Counted from the stretch's first letter, positions 26,136 through 36,140 are shown. The stretch: DNA of 64,000 nucleotides from Candidatus Omnitrophota bacterium (GCA_003154195.1 PMCS01000018.1:44773-108772); one strand, 5' to 3'. Notes: generated by a model from the letters alone, not told the origin. A program made the numbers and translations.

Positions 26136-26747
26136 TTATTCTTTCGTCGTCAAGGTAGTTTCCCGGCGGCAGCGGCTGCAGAGGATTTTTACCCGGTCGG
26201 AACGGCCGAAGTCTTTTAACGCGGAAGTGATATTTTCGTCGATTATACCCAGGCCTTTCAGCTTTGACAGGTAAAGGGTGGGGTTAGAAAAGCTAAGTTC
26301 CCCGATTCTTTCGGCGATCCATTTCAGGTGGTCTTTGCAAGCAATGACCGCGCCGCAAATTTCGCATAACTGTAATTCTTTTTCAATCTCTTCCTGGGAA
26401 AGTTTGCGGTCAAAAAACGACAATTCCCAGTCGTTGGATAATTTAATCCCCTCTTTATCGGCAAGGCAGCCGGCTTCGCACTGGCCGCAAAAAATACAGG
26501 TGTCGGTATAGTGGATCATTTTACGCCGTGGCGATTTGTCATCGATGATATCGACTGATTTTATCGCGCGGACCGGGCAGACCTGTTCGCAGGCGGTGCA
26601 GCCGACACATTTAGCTTCGTTGAACTTAGGTTGCCCCCGGAAACTGGGATAAGGCCTATGCGTTTCGTAAGGGAATTTTGAAGTATACGGCCCTTTCCAC
26701 AACGCTTTTATCGCTTCGATTAATTCTCTCAGTTTAGGCAATCTCAT
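26136..26747 (-). CDS. NuoI/HycF-like 4Fe-4S subunit
   Basis: T.KFP...FRG.P, CVGCTACEQVCP, CIFCGQCE..C, extra CxxC pairs. Confidence 0.88.
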   Translation of the reverse strand: MRLPKLRELIEAIKALWKGPYTSKFPYETHRPYPSFRGQPKFNEAKCVGCTACEQVCPVRAIKSVDIIDDKSPRRKMIHYTDTCIFCGQCEAGCLADKEGIKLSNDWELSFFDRKLSQEEIEKELQLCEICGAVIACKDHLKWIAERIGELSFSNPTLYLSKLKGLGIIDENITSALKDFGRSDRVKILCSRCRRETTLTTKE

Positions 26748-27046
26748 TTATCCCCGTTTTTTTTAAACGGCTCTATTCCGTTCTTGAGGGCCGCCCGGCT
26801 TATTGCGTGGGCCGCCGTCGGAGTCGTCAATAATATAAAAATCATGCAGATGATGATTTTCGCACCGGCGGCGTTAAGGCCGGTTACCAGAAAGGTCCCG
26901 AATAATATGCCGCATGTCCCGGCAGTGACGCATTTGGTCGCGGCTTGCATGCGGTTATAAACGTCGGGCAGCCTGATGATGCCGATACAGCCGATCACAT
27001 TAAATGCCAGCCCAATACTTATAAATATAAAACCTGCGATAACCAT
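26744..27046 (-). CDS. mnhG: Mrp antiporter subunit G-like
   Basis: GIIRLPDVYNRMQAATK, LTTP.AAHAI.RAA. Confidence 0.9.
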   Translation of the reverse strand: MVIAGFIFISIGLAFNVIGCIGIIRLPDVYNRMQAATKCVTAGTCGILFGTFLVTGLNAAGAKIIICMIFILLTTPTAAHAISRAALKNGIEPFKKNGDK

Positions 27047-27209
27047 AGTTTATATTCCAGTTTTTTTCTTGTGGTTTTGCCACAAGGTATTTTCTCGAAG
27101 GGAAGGTTTGCTCGCCAAAAGTTTCCAACTTTTGGCGGAGTCTCGCTCTTGACGGAGAAACCGCAGGTTTCCAAATATATAAATCAATTCCTGCTTCGCA
27201 GGAATTGAT

Positions 27210-27578
27210 TTATTCGTCGAAGCCCTTTCCTTCCAGGTATTTTGCCAGGGCCAGCGTGCTGATAAAGCTTTGCAGCGTCCAGGCAATCGCGATGTCAATA
27301 TACCATGACCGTCCGGTGGGGATGGTAAGGATCGCGCATAGCCCCACGAGCATAACGCCTAAAATATCCAGAACGACGATCCGGTCGGCTCCCGTCGGGC
27401 CTTTAATCAGGCGCCAGAGCAGCAGCAAACAGCAAAGCAAAAGGATAAACAGCGCCCGGCCGAAAAAAGCGACATGAGGCAAGTCGTGATAAAAAAGAAA
27501 CGGCAGAGGTTTTATAATGATCAACCCGATTGCCGACATTAAAGCTATTGCTCCGATAAACCACTTCAATCTTTTCAT
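27210..27578 (-). CDS. mnhF: Mrp antiporter subunit F-like, N-terminally extended
   Basis: R.IKGPT.ADR.V.LD, YIDIA....L.SFISTLALAKYL; start chosen after AAGGGG RBS. Confidence 0.85.
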   Translation of the reverse strand: MKRLKWFIGAIALMSAIGLIIIKPLPFLFYHDLPHVAFFGRALFILLLCCLLLLWRLIKGPTGADRIVVLDILGVMLVGLCAILTIPTGRSWYIDIAIAWTLQSFISTLALAKYLEGKGFDE

Positions 27579-27645
27579 GTTATTCCCCTTATTTTTTTGC
27601 TTAGCAAAAAAATAATTATATAAAAAAATTCCGGAGGGAATTTTT

Positions 27646-28143
27646 TTATTCAAAAATCTTTTTCAACAGCGGTTCGAACTTACCCGCAATCAGCCGTGTC
27701 GCGGTTTCGCTGTCTTCGGCCTTAACGTTAATCCAGTGAATATATAAAATACCTTTATCTTTATCGATATTGACGCACATCGTTCCCGGAATAAGGGTAA
27801 TTGAATTGGCTAAAAAAGTAAGCCCGATATCGCTGGTCAACGATGTTTTTATCTGAACGATCCCCGGGTTAATCGGCAGGTCAGGATGCAGAATACGCCA
27901 GGCAGCGTCAATATTGGCTTTGAGGCACTGCCAGGCAAATAATGGTAAGTAGCCGATTAAAAAATACCCCCAGCGAGAAGGGCGCGTGAACAATCGCGTT
28001 CCGTCGATAAATAAATCGCCGCAGAGTAAAGCCGTCAAGCCGGCCGCGGCAATGCCCGCTAAAAGATGCTGGCTGTCCGGCGGCCAGGATAAAAGCATCC
28101 AAATCGCTAAAGCGGCGATGAATAAAGCTAACCTGCGCCTCAC
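27646..28143 (-). CDS. mnhE: Mrp antiporter subunit E-like
   Basis: KANIDAA.RIL.P.LPINPGIV, LANSITL.PGT, LYIHWI. Confidence 0.9.
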   Translation of the reverse strand: MRRRLALFIAALAIWMLLSWPPDSQHLLAGIAAAGLTALLCGDLFIDGTRLFTRPSRWGYFLIGYLPLFAWQCLKANIDAAWRILHPDLPINPGIVQIKTSLTSDIGLTFLANSITLIPGTMCVNIDKDKGILYIHWINVKAEDSETATRLIAGKFEPLLKKIFE

Positions 28144-29645
28144 TTTATTCCTCCCAGAATCATTAAGCTATGGTTTATTCCTTCCTGCAGGACTCCGCCG
28201 GCTTTGCCCAGAAAAATTTCACGAGCGCCGGCAAAGCCCAGTATTCCGCCGATGACGCAGATGGCCGCCAGGATGGTCATGGACAAGCGCATCAGCCCCG
28301 GCACTTCTTTAATGTCGCCTAAATTTGTGTTGAATTCGCCACCAAAAGCATATTTCATGACCTTGGCGAATGAGGCTAAGGTCATGATGCTGACTAAAAC
28401 CGCCAGGAAGGCGTAACCGAACCGGCCGGCATCGACTAACGCTACGATAATGATTAGTTTGCTCCAGAAACCGTTGAGCGGCGGGATCCCGGCGATGGAC
28501 ATCGACGCGACCAAAGCCGTGGCGCCGGTTACGGGCATCTTTTGCGCCAAACCGCCCATCTTTCTTAAATCGCGTGTTTTCGCGGCATATTCGACTGCGC
28601 CGGAATTTAGAAAGAGCAGAGATTTAAATACCGAGTGGTTAAAAAGATGGAACAGGCCACCGAGGATGCCCAGGGGCGTCCCCAGTCCGATACCTAAAAA
28701 AACATAGCCGATCTGGCTTATCGAATGATAAGCTAACAGGCGTTTAAAATCCCACTGGCCGATCGCCGAGAATACTCCTACTGTCATCGATAACGCGCCT
28801 AAAAACATCAGGACAGCGGAAAACTTCGCGTCCATCCCCAGCACATTAAAAAATAAGCGGCATAATGTATATACGCCTAAGGATTTTATGAGTACGCCGG
28901 AAAGCATCGCGGAAATGGGCGCCGGGGCAGAAGGGTGTGCGTCGGGAAGCCAGCCGTGAAAAGGTACCAGCGCCGCCTTAAGTCCGAATCCCATTATAAA
29001 CATGACGGCTACCATCAACGAGATGTTGCTTTTGCCTTTTTGCAGCAGAGCGCAGGCGATATCCGCCATATTGAGCGTTGAGGTAAAACTGTATAATAGC
29101 CCGATGCCGAGAAGAATGAATAACGACCCGACTGCGCTCATCAGGGTATATTTAAAGGAAGCTTCCAATTCATGACGTCCTGTCCCGAAGGCGACTAACG
29201 CAAAACTTGCGATTGAAGCAATTTCTAAAAAGACGAACAGGTTGAAAATATCGCCGGTGATCACAACACCGTTCATTCCTGCGACCATCAATAAGAATAA
29301 AGCGAAAAATTTTCCTTTTGAGGTGTATCGTTCCATGTACGGCCCGCTGTAAATTGCGATTAAAAAGGCGATTAAATTTACCGTGACCAGCATAAACGCC
29401 GAAAATCCGTCAATCACCAAAGTTATGCCCAGCGGCGGTTTCCAGCTGCCCACGTTATAGATTAAAATCCGGTAAAGACCGACTGCTTTAACCGCGGCCA
29501 GGGACAATATCAGCAGCATTCCCGTAACAATCAGCCCCATCGCGTAAGGAAAATGTTTCATCCTTTTCTCTAAAAGAGAGATCAGGAAAGCTCCCCCTAA
29601 GGAGATGACGATAAAAAGCGGAGCGATATTCGCGGCAGCAATCAT
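28140..29645 (-). CDS. mnhD: Mrp antiporter subunit D / NuoN-like proton-translocating subunit
   Basis: GDIFNLFVFLEI, EAS.KY, KAALVPFH.WLPDAH, KRLLAYHSISQIGY, GIPPLNGF.SK. Confidence 0.9.
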   Translation of the reverse strand: MIAAANIAPLFIVISLGGAFLISLLEKRMKHFPYAMGLIVTGMLLILSLAAVKAVGLYRILIYNVGSWKPPLGITLVIDGFSAFMLVTVNLIAFLIAIYSGPYMERYTSKGKFFALFLLMVAGMNGVVITGDIFNLFVFLEIASIASFALVAFGTGRHELEASFKYTLMSAVGSLFILLGIGLLYSFTSTLNMADIACALLQKGKSNISLMVAVMFIMGFGLKAALVPFHGWLPDAHPSAPAPISAMLSGVLIKSLGVYTLCRLFFNVLGMDAKFSAVLMFLGALSMTVGVFSAIGQWDFKRLLAYHSISQIGYVFLGIGLGTPLGILGGLFHLFNHSVFKSLLFLNSGAVEYAAKTRDLRKMGGLAQKMPVTGATALVASMSIAGIPPLNGFWSKLIIIVALVDAGRFGYAFLAVLVSIMTLASFAKVMKYAFGGEFNTNLGDIKEVPGLMRLSMTILAAICVIGGILGFAGAREIFLGKAGGVLQEGINHSLMILGGIK

Positions 29646-29977
29646 CCTTGCAGCTCCTTGATTTTCGTAACGTCGAATGTTTTATATTTCTCGTAGATTC
29701 GCAAAGCCAGGGCGATAAGTATCGAGGTAAACGCCAGGCCGATGATAATTGAGGTTAAGGCCAGGGCCTGGGGAAGCATATCGACCATGTTTTCGATACG
29801 CGCGTTCGGCGAAAGAATCGCGGAGCGCCCTTCCCGGCGGTAGCCCAGGATTATGAAAAATAGGTTGACCGCGTATTGCGCGATGATCGTCCCGATGATT
29901 ATTTTGATGATATTGCGCTTGCGCACGATACAATAGATGCCCAGACAGAAAAGAATAAGGCACAATAGATAAATCAT
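29642..29977 (-). CDS. mnhC: Mrp antiporter subunit C-like
   Basis: NIIKIIIG, AVNLF, PQAL.LT.IIIG. Confidence 0.88.
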   Translation of the reverse strand: MIYLLCLILFCLGIYCIVRKRNIIKIIIGTIIAQYAVNLFFIILGYRREGRSAILSPNARIENMVDMLPQALALTSIIIGLAFTSILIALALRIYEKYKTFDVTKIKELQG

Positions 29978-30429
29978 TACCGGTCATCCTCCCGATTTAT
30001 ACGTAAAAGTATCAGGGCGATAAAAATAGCAAAAAGCCCTGCTCCTACCTTGACGCCGATGGCGATATTATATAAAGGCATAATCCCCGCGCTGAACAAT
30101 CGGAATGGTTCGCCTTTACCGATGAAATTCAGTAAAAAATAACCGCCGGTAAAGCCCAGGCCGGCAAGGGCTAAAAACATCAACGCGCCTAGATTTTCAA
30201 TGAATGATGCCGCCGCCCGGGGTAATTTTTTAAAGGCTGATTCTTTACCGTAAGCGAGCATCAACTGGATAAACGCAAGGGCGATAATCACGCCGCCCAC
30301 GAATCCTCCTCCCGGAGAAACGTGGCCGTGGGAAAGGATGTATATGCCGTATAAGAAAATCGGGCCGGCGGTAAGCCGGGTTACGGTTTTTACGATTAAA
30401 GACATCCCTTTATCTTTTTCGTTATTCAT
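29977..30429 (-). CDS. mnhB: Mrp antiporter subunit B-like
   Basis: GH.SPGGGF.GG, NIAIGVKV. Confidence 0.88.
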   Translation of the reverse strand: MNNEKDKGMSLIVKTVTRLTAGPIFLYGIYILSHGHVSPGGGFVGGVIIALAFIQLMLAYGKESAFKKLPRAAASFIENLGALMFLALAGLGFTGGYFLLNFIGKGEPFRLFSAGIMPLYNIAIGVKVGAGLFAIFIALILLRINREDDR

Positions 30430-30964
30430 TGTCCAGCCCTGTTTCTTCGTTTTTTCTTCCCTTTCGCCGTAAAATAGTTAATACGCCGATTACTGCCGTA
30501 AAAAGAACTGCTGCTTCGCCCAGAGTGTCGTAAGCCCTGAAATCAAGGATTACCGCGGATACCAGGTTGGTTGCCCCGGTATCTTTTAATCCTTCTTTTA
30601 AATATGCCGATGAGGTTTTTATCGTCGGGTAGCCGAATTGCGGCAGCTCTTTGAAACATTTAACCGCGGTGAAAATAAAAACAAAGATAAAACAAACGGT
30701 AATGACGGTATTTACCAACCACCGGCCGCTGGTGGAAAAAGGCAAGTCTTCTTTCATCGTGGCCCGGATTAATATTATCAGGCTTAATATTTCCACAATC
30801 AACTGGGTGATTGCCACATCGGGAGCTTTAAGGACAAGGAAGGTTAACGAAAGCCCCAGCCCGGTTGCGCCCAGCGCGATTACCGAGGAAAGTAGATCTT
30901 TCGTTTCGACGGCGATCGCCGCGGCGACGATGATGAAAATCAATAAGATGTATAAATCCAGCAT
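30422..30964 (-). CDS. MbhD/MbhE-like (DUF4040 + MnhB N-terminal) membrane subunit
   Basis: APDVAITQ..VE; N.V.AVILDFRAYDTLGE. Confidence 0.85.
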   Translation of the reverse strand: MLDLYILLIFIIVAAAIAVETKDLLSSVIALGATGLGLSLTFLVLKAPDVAITQLIVEILSLIILIRATMKEDLPFSTSGRWLVNTVITVCFIFVFIFTAVKCFKELPQFGYPTIKTSSAYLKEGLKDTGATNLVSAVILDFRAYDTLGEAAVLFTAVIGVLTILRRKGRKNEETGLDNE

Positions 30965-31093
30965 AAGCGCCCCTTTATTCTCCTTCGCCGAATACCCTGT
31001 GGCTTGCCACAGGGATGAAGGCTTCTGGTATTTGGCTTCGGAGAAATGAAGATAGATACCCCGCGGGCTTGCCGCGGGGAGTACATTTGTGCT

Positions 31094-32749
31094 TCATTTA
31101 ATGCTCAGCGCGTAAAACAATATAATCATCCCTAGAAGGCACCAGGCCAAATAATTGGAGATTATACCGTTGTGCATACGGTTTAGTATTCCATTAAGCC
31201 AAAAAACAATTTTTTTGCCTGATTCGTACAAGTCAAAGTTTTTCTCTTCCGCTAACCGGTAAATATTTTTAAAAGGCGGCGCATCGCTTATTGTGTTATA
31301 GAATTCGGTCCCGGATACGCGCATTTGAGGATGGTCTTCCAGGATCTCGCCGCCGATAAAGTTCCGGGTTTCCCTCGGTTTTTTGTTTACGCCCAGCCAA
31401 TAAAATAATAAGCCGATAATAATCGCCGACAATAATAAAATCGTCGCAAGCGGAGAATTCCAAACCCCCGGAAAAACTAATCCGGGACCGACGCTGGGGA
31501 TGATATAATTTTTTAACGGCAGTTGGTAGGCGAAGACGCCGAATAATACGCATAGCGCCGCTAAGACGATTCCGACCGCAAGCATCGGCAATGGGGCTTC
31601 TCCCTGCTTTATGCTCGCGTTGGTTTTATCCGCAGGTTGGCCTAAAAACACCGCGTTAATCAATTTCATGAAGCTGGCTAAAGTCAGGGCGCTGCCGAAC
31701 ATTGCCGCCGCGAGGTATATCATCCACAGGGTATTTCCGGTTTTGGCGGAATCCACGATTGCCTGGTAAATCATCCATTTGGAAGCGAAGCCGTTAAAAG
31801 GCGGAATGCCCGAGATGGCCAGCGAAGCGATTAAAAAAGTTATAAAAGTAACCGGCATAAATTTAGCGTAACCGCCGAGTTTATCCAGATCGGTCGTGCC
31901 GGCTTTTTGTTCCACGTTGCCGGCGGAAAAAAAGAGGCATGATTTATAGATGGCATGGTTGAGCATGTGAAACAAACCGGCGGCGATTCCCAAAGCGGTT
32001 CCCGTACCGATACCTAAGACCATGTAACCGACCTGGCTTACGGCATGGTATCCCAGCAGGCGTTTCAGGTCATGCTGGACCAGCGCCATCATTACTGCGG
32101 CTACGATAGTGATGCTCCCCATAACCATTAGCAGGGTGTTCATCGCCGGGTTCATTATAAATAGATTTAACGACAGGCGGCAGAGCAGATAAATACCCAG
32201 AAGTTTGTCTAAAGATGCCGGCAAATACGCCGTTACCGGAGCCGGCGCGTCCTGGGCGGTATCGGGGATCCAGGTATGGAACGGCATTAATCCGGCTTTG
32301 GCGAAAGCGCCGCAGGCTAAGCACAGGTAAGCGGCGATTGCCGTATTCGAATCTAACGCTATCTTAATCTTAGAGATTTCCAGGGTACCGGTGATTTTCC
32401 AGACCATTGCCAGGCCCAATAACATTATCGCGTCGGAACCGCCGATGATAATCAAAGCTTTCTTGGCAGTGGCCGGAGTATTTTTATTTTCTCCAAAACT
32501 GATAAGAAGATATAAAAGCAGGCCTAAAAATCCCCAGAACACTATTAACACCAGAAGATTGCTTGAAAATATAACACCTAAAGATGCGATAAGGGTCAAT
32601 AAAATATAAAGGTAGTAGGGAAAAATATTTTTTCTTCCCCGCATAAAATCAAAAGAGTAAACCGCAGTCAATAGGGTAAACAAAACCGCGAATAGCCCTA
32701 TAAAAATTGAAAGATTGTCCAGTAATAATAATTGCCAGAAATTGTCCAT
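31094..32749 (-). CDS. HyfB/MrpA/NuoL-like proton-translocating membrane subunit
   Basis: AKAG..PFH.W.PD, KRLLGYHAVSQVGY, NHAIYKSCLF, GIPPFNGFASKW. Confidence 0.88.
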   Translation of the reverse strand: MDNFWQLLLLDNLSIFIGLFAVLFTLLTAVYSFDFMRGRKNIFPYYLYILLTLIASLGVIFSSNLLVLIVFWGFLGLLLYLLISFGENKNTPATAKKALIIIGGSDAIMLLGLAMVWKITGTLEISKIKIALDSNTAIAAYLCLACGAFAKAGLMPFHTWIPDTAQDAPAPVTAYLPASLDKLLGIYLLCRLSLNLFIMNPAMNTLLMVMGSITIVAAVMMALVQHDLKRLLGYHAVSQVGYMVLGIGTGTALGIAAGLFHMLNHAIYKSCLFFSAGNVEQKAGTTDLDKLGGYAKFMPVTFITFLIASLAISGIPPFNGFASKWMIYQAIVDSAKTGNTLWMIYLAAAMFGSALTLASFMKLINAVFLGQPADKTNASIKQGEAPLPMLAVGIVLAALCVLFGVFAYQLPLKNYIIPSVGPGLVFPGVWNSPLATILLLSAIIIGLLFYWLGVNKKPRETRNFIGGEILEDHPQMRVSGTEFYNTISDAPPFKNIYRLAEEKNFDLYESGKKIVFWLNGILNRMHNGIISNYLAWCLLGMIILFYALSIK

Positions 32750-32751
32750 AA

Positions 32752-33939
32752 TTACTTTTGGCCGTATTTTTTTCTGATTCTCTCGGTTTTTTCCTGAGAA
32801 AGCTTGACCAGATTTTGGCCGTTATAAAGATGTTTTCCTTTTATGTCGCGCACTGCCAGTCGTTCCGTGCAACAATAGCAAGGGTCAATCGCGGCGAGGA
32901 TTATCGTCGCGTCCGAAATGGTTTCGCCTACCACGGTCGCTTTATAGGTGGGGAGATTCATAAAAGTGGGCGCCCTGACTTTATGCCGGACCGGCCGGTT
33001 GGTGCCGTCGCTGCGAACGTAGTGAAAACATTCGCCCCGGGGAGCTTCGATGCGGCCGATGCCTTCACCCGACGGTATATTTTTTATGCCGGCGTCGATT
33101 TCCCCCTGAGGAAGCGCCGTCAAACAGGCTTTTAATATTTTTATCGATTCAAATGCTTCCAGCACGCGGAGCAAAAGTTTGTCGAATACATCGCCGTTGG
33201 GAGTAACGATTATTTGCCAATCTACTTTATCATACGCGGCATAGGGTGAATTTTTTCTTACGTCTTTAGCGACGCCGCTTGCCCTTGCGACTGGGCCCAG
33301 CGCCGAATAATCTATCGCTTCTTCTTTGGTCAGTATTCCTACGCCTTTGGTGCGCGCGTGCAATACCGGGTCGTCAGCTATGGCTTTTTTAAGCATTTCC
33401 AGCGTAGGTATGATTGAATCGATTTTTTTAAGGACAACCGGTATATCCTCGGATTTAATATCGCGGCGTACTCCTCCGGGCTTGAACATCGCGTAGTTAT
33501 TGCGGTTTCCCGAAAGGATTTCCATGACGTCTAAAATTTCTTCTCTTAATTTCCAGGCCCACATGTAGACAGTGTTGTATCCTAAAAAGTGCCCGGCCAG
33601 CCCCAGCCATAAGAGATGGGAATGTATTCGTTCGCCTTCGGCGATGATCGTGCGGATATACTGCGCGCGTAAGGGTATTTCTATTCCGGAGATATCTTCG
33701 ACGGCTTCGACCAGCGCGAAGGGGTGGCTGGTCGAACATATGCCGCAAATACGTTCGACTAAAAATGTAGATTGGTCGAAAGTCTTGGATTCCGAAAGTT
33801 TTTCGATGCCGCGATGGTTGTAGCCTATCCGGACGTCGATATCCACGACGCGCTCGCCTTCCACGGTAAGCGTGAAGAATTCCGGTTCTTCCTGTAAGGG
33901 ATGATACGGCCCGATTGGTACTATAGTTTTTTTTGACAT
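32752..33939 (-). CDS. group 4 [NiFe]-hydrogenase large subunit
   Basis: GP.HP...EP, HRGIEK, L1 motif ERICGICS..H, EAPRGE, L2 motif DPCYCCTER followed by a cleavable C-terminal extension. Confidence 0.92.
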   Translation of the reverse strand: MSKKTIVPIGPYHPLQEEPEFFTLTVEGERVVDIDVRIGYNHRGIEKLSESKTFDQSTFLVERICGICSTSHPFALVEAVEDISGIEIPLRAQYIRTIIAEGERIHSHLLWLGLAGHFLGYNTVYMWAWKLREEILDVMEILSGNRNNYAMFKPGGVRRDIKSEDIPVVLKKIDSIIPTLEMLKKAIADDPVLHARTKGVGILTKEEAIDYSALGPVARASGVAKDVRKNSPYAAYDKVDWQIIVTPNGDVFDKLLLRVLEAFESIKILKACLTALPQGEIDAGIKNIPSGEGIGRIEAPRGECFHYVRSDGTNRPVRHKVRAPTFMNLPTYKATVVGETISDATIILAAIDPCYCCTERLAVRDIKGKHLYNGQNLVKLSQEKTERIRKKYGQK

Positions 33940-34044
33940 ATGTTCTAGATGATGATCGCTGATAAAAATAAAGGCAATTGATAATTATTTTTTATCTGTG
34001 GTCATCTGCTTCCTTTGACCTGTGATCATCTGCGCTTACAGAAT

Positions 34045-34518
34045 TTATACTCCCCTGTCCCTTATCGCGTCTTTATCCCATTCCTTATAATCGTAGCGTA
34101 AGGGGTAAGAACCATCCGGCCAGTTTTCCGGTAAAAGCAGTTTTCGCAAATCCGGATGCCCGGTGAAATCGATGCCGAGCAATTCGTGCATTTCCCGTTC
34201 AATCCAATTTGCCGCTTCGAAAGTTTTAGCCAGGGAATCGATTCGTGGTGTATCCCGGGAAAGTATTACCCGCAGCGAAACGGTCAGGTTTATATCGTCA
34301 AAAGTGAAATGGTAAAGTATTTCGATATGCCGGCGGCAGTCTATCCCGGAAGCGATATTGAATCTTGCCCCCAGGTCTTTAAACACATAGGTAGAGATTT
34401 TGACTAACGCCTCCGGTTTTATCCCGACATATAACCGCCGGGGCGATTTATCGAAAAAATCAATAATATCGTCTTTAAACCGTTGTTTTAAATTGTCGAG
34501 AATTTCTTGTTTTTGCAT
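34045..34518 (-). CDS. NuoC-like hydrogenase subunit
   Basis: AANWIEREMHELLGI.F.GHPDLR.LLLPE.W...YPLR. Confidence 0.9.
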   Translation of the reverse strand: MQKQEILDNLKQRFKDDIIDFFDKSPRRLYVGIKPEALVKISTYVFKDLGARFNIASGIDCRRHIEILYHFTFDDINLTVSLRVILSRDTPRIDSLAKTFEAANWIEREMHELLGIDFTGHPDLRKLLLPENWPDGSYPLRYDYKEWDKDAIRDRGV

Positions 34519-34557
34519 AAATAGTACGAATAAATTTTTAAATCATTATAGAATATT

Positions 34558-34655
34558 GTAGGGGCGGATCCGTGTATCCGCCCGTTACGATTTATTTTAT
34601 TATCATTGAATATTTTATTATTTTGTAACGGGCCGACACATAGGTCGGCCCCTAC
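34558..34655. repeat. GTAG-type REP doublet (REPIN-like)
   Basis: gtaggggcggatccgtgtatccgccc ... gggccgacacataggtcggcccctac. Confidence 0.8.
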
Positions 34656-34660
34656 GATAT

Positions 34661-35095
34661 TTATTTTTTCGCCGCGCCCTGTTTTACTTTTTCGATTAAT
34701 TTAACTACCCCCGCGATAATCGCTTCCGGCTTAGGCGGACAGCCCGGTATATAAATATCCACGGGAATTACCTTATCGATCGGCAGCGGGCAATTATAAC
34801 TATCAATAAACATACCCCGGGATAGCGAGCATTCTCCGATGGCTACGACGAAACACGGTTTGGGCGCCTGCTCGTAAACGAGCTTTACGCGTTCCATGGC
34901 TTGCCGGTTTCCCGATCCGGTGACTACCAGAATGTCCGCGTGGCGGATGCTTCCGACAAGTTGTATCCCAAAACGCTCGACATCGAAGCGCGGCGTCAGG
35001 CAGTCCAACAACTCGATGTCACAATTGTTGCAGCTGCCGGTCGATAAATGAAAAATCCAAGGAGACTTTAACAACGCTTTTGTTTTTATGTTCAT
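34661..35095 (-). CDS. [NiFe]-hydrogenase small subunit (NuoB-like)
   Basis: SCNNCDIE, RHADIL.VTG, AIGEC, IPGCPP.PE. Confidence 0.92.
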   Translation of the reverse strand: MNIKTKALLKSPWIFHLSTGSCNNCDIELLDCLTPRFDVERFGIQLVGSIRHADILVVTGSGNRQAMERVKLVYEQAPKPCFVVAIGECSLSRGMFIDSYNCPLPIDKVIPVDIYIPGCPPKPEAIIAGVVKLIEKVKQGAAKK

Positions 35096-35116
35096 ATATG
35101 TACCAAAATTTATATT

Positions 35117-35206
35117 GTAGGGGCGGATTCGTGTATCCGCCCGCTAGGATCTATTTTATGATTATCGGATATTTTGTAACGGGTCGATACATGGATCGAC
35201 CCCTAC
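35117..35206. repeat. GTAG-type REP doublet (REPIN-like)
   Basis: gtaggggcggattcgtgtatccgccc ... gggtcgatacatggatcgacccctac. Confidence 0.8.
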
Positions 35207-35216
35207 AATCAAAATA

Positions 35217-36140
35217 TTACAATCCCATCATCGCTAACGCCACCGCGATTATCGCGATAGCCGTCACCGGCCCCCAGAAGAATCTCAGCGCCTGATCGAT
35301 CCGCACACGGGGGTTGGTATTGCGGATGACGGTTATCAGGACGACGACGGCAAGATATTTTAAAAAACCTAACGCAATTCCCGCGGCGCTTTGTGTTTGC
35401 CAGCCGCCCATAAACATCAATACCAGAAAAAACGGCAGTATAAAAAAAAGGATACTTTTGGTTAATTTAAAAGCGGCTAAGGTTTTTCCTGAGCATTCGA
35501 TTAGCGGGCCGCCGATGATCTCCGTTTCCGCTTCCGCGATATCGAAAGGCGCCAGTCCCAGTTTTGCCTGGACGCATAGCAGGGCTGCCAAAAATGCCAA
35601 CAGCCCCGAAATGCCGGATATAAACATCCCGTGGTGCCGTATCGTTAATATCTCCCCCAGTTTCAGGGAATAGCCGCTTTTTATTATCGGCACAAATATC
35701 GCCAGTATAAAGGGAAGTTCATAACCTAAAATAAGTTTCATTTCCCGCGATGAGCCTAAACTTGCCAGGGGATTCCCTGAGGCAAATCCGGTAACGATAA
35801 TAGCGAGCGACGGTATCGTCAAAAGATATAGCGTAACGATTAAATCGCCCAAAAACGTTTGCTGAGGGTTAATAGTGTTTATCCAGAGAATAGTTGCCGT
35901 CACCATGACGCTCGCCAGGCCGATCAGCGGCGCGCCCAGAAATATCGCGCGCGAAGCACTTTCGGGGATAAGAGTTTCTTTACCCAGAAGTTTCACGATA
36001 TCGGTCAGCGGCTGCAGTAACGGCGGCCCGACGCGGTATTGCAGCCGCGCCGTAACCTTGCGGTCAACCCAGCTGGCGAATAGTCCAATTCCCGCGCTTA
36101 ATATAAAACCATAAATGAATAAATATATTAGGTAAACCAT
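35217..36140 (-). CDS. NuoH/HycD-like membrane subunit
   Basis: DRK.TARLQ.RVGPP..QP..D..KL..KE, PFDIAEAETE, R.RIDQ. Confidence 0.92.
   Translation of the reverse strand: MVYLIYLFIYGFILSAGIGLFASWVDRKVTARLQYRVGPPLLQPLTDIVKLLGKETLIPESASRAIFLGAPLIGLASVMVTATILWINTINPQQTFLGDLIVTLYLLTIPSLAIIVTGFASGNPLASLGSSREMKLILGYELPFILAIFVPIIKSGYSLKLGEILTIRHHGMFISGISGLLAFLAALLCVQAKLGLAPFDIAEAETEIIGGPLIECSGKTLAAFKLTKSILFFILPFFLVLMFMGGWQTQSAAGIALGFLKYLAVVVLITVIRNTNPRVRIDQALRFFWGPVTAIAIIAVALAMMGL

Noticed and set aside
27050-27298. Alternative-frame ORF between mnhF and mnhG
   Set aside because: It overlaps mnhF and runs through a hairpin-rich spacer, with no protein features.
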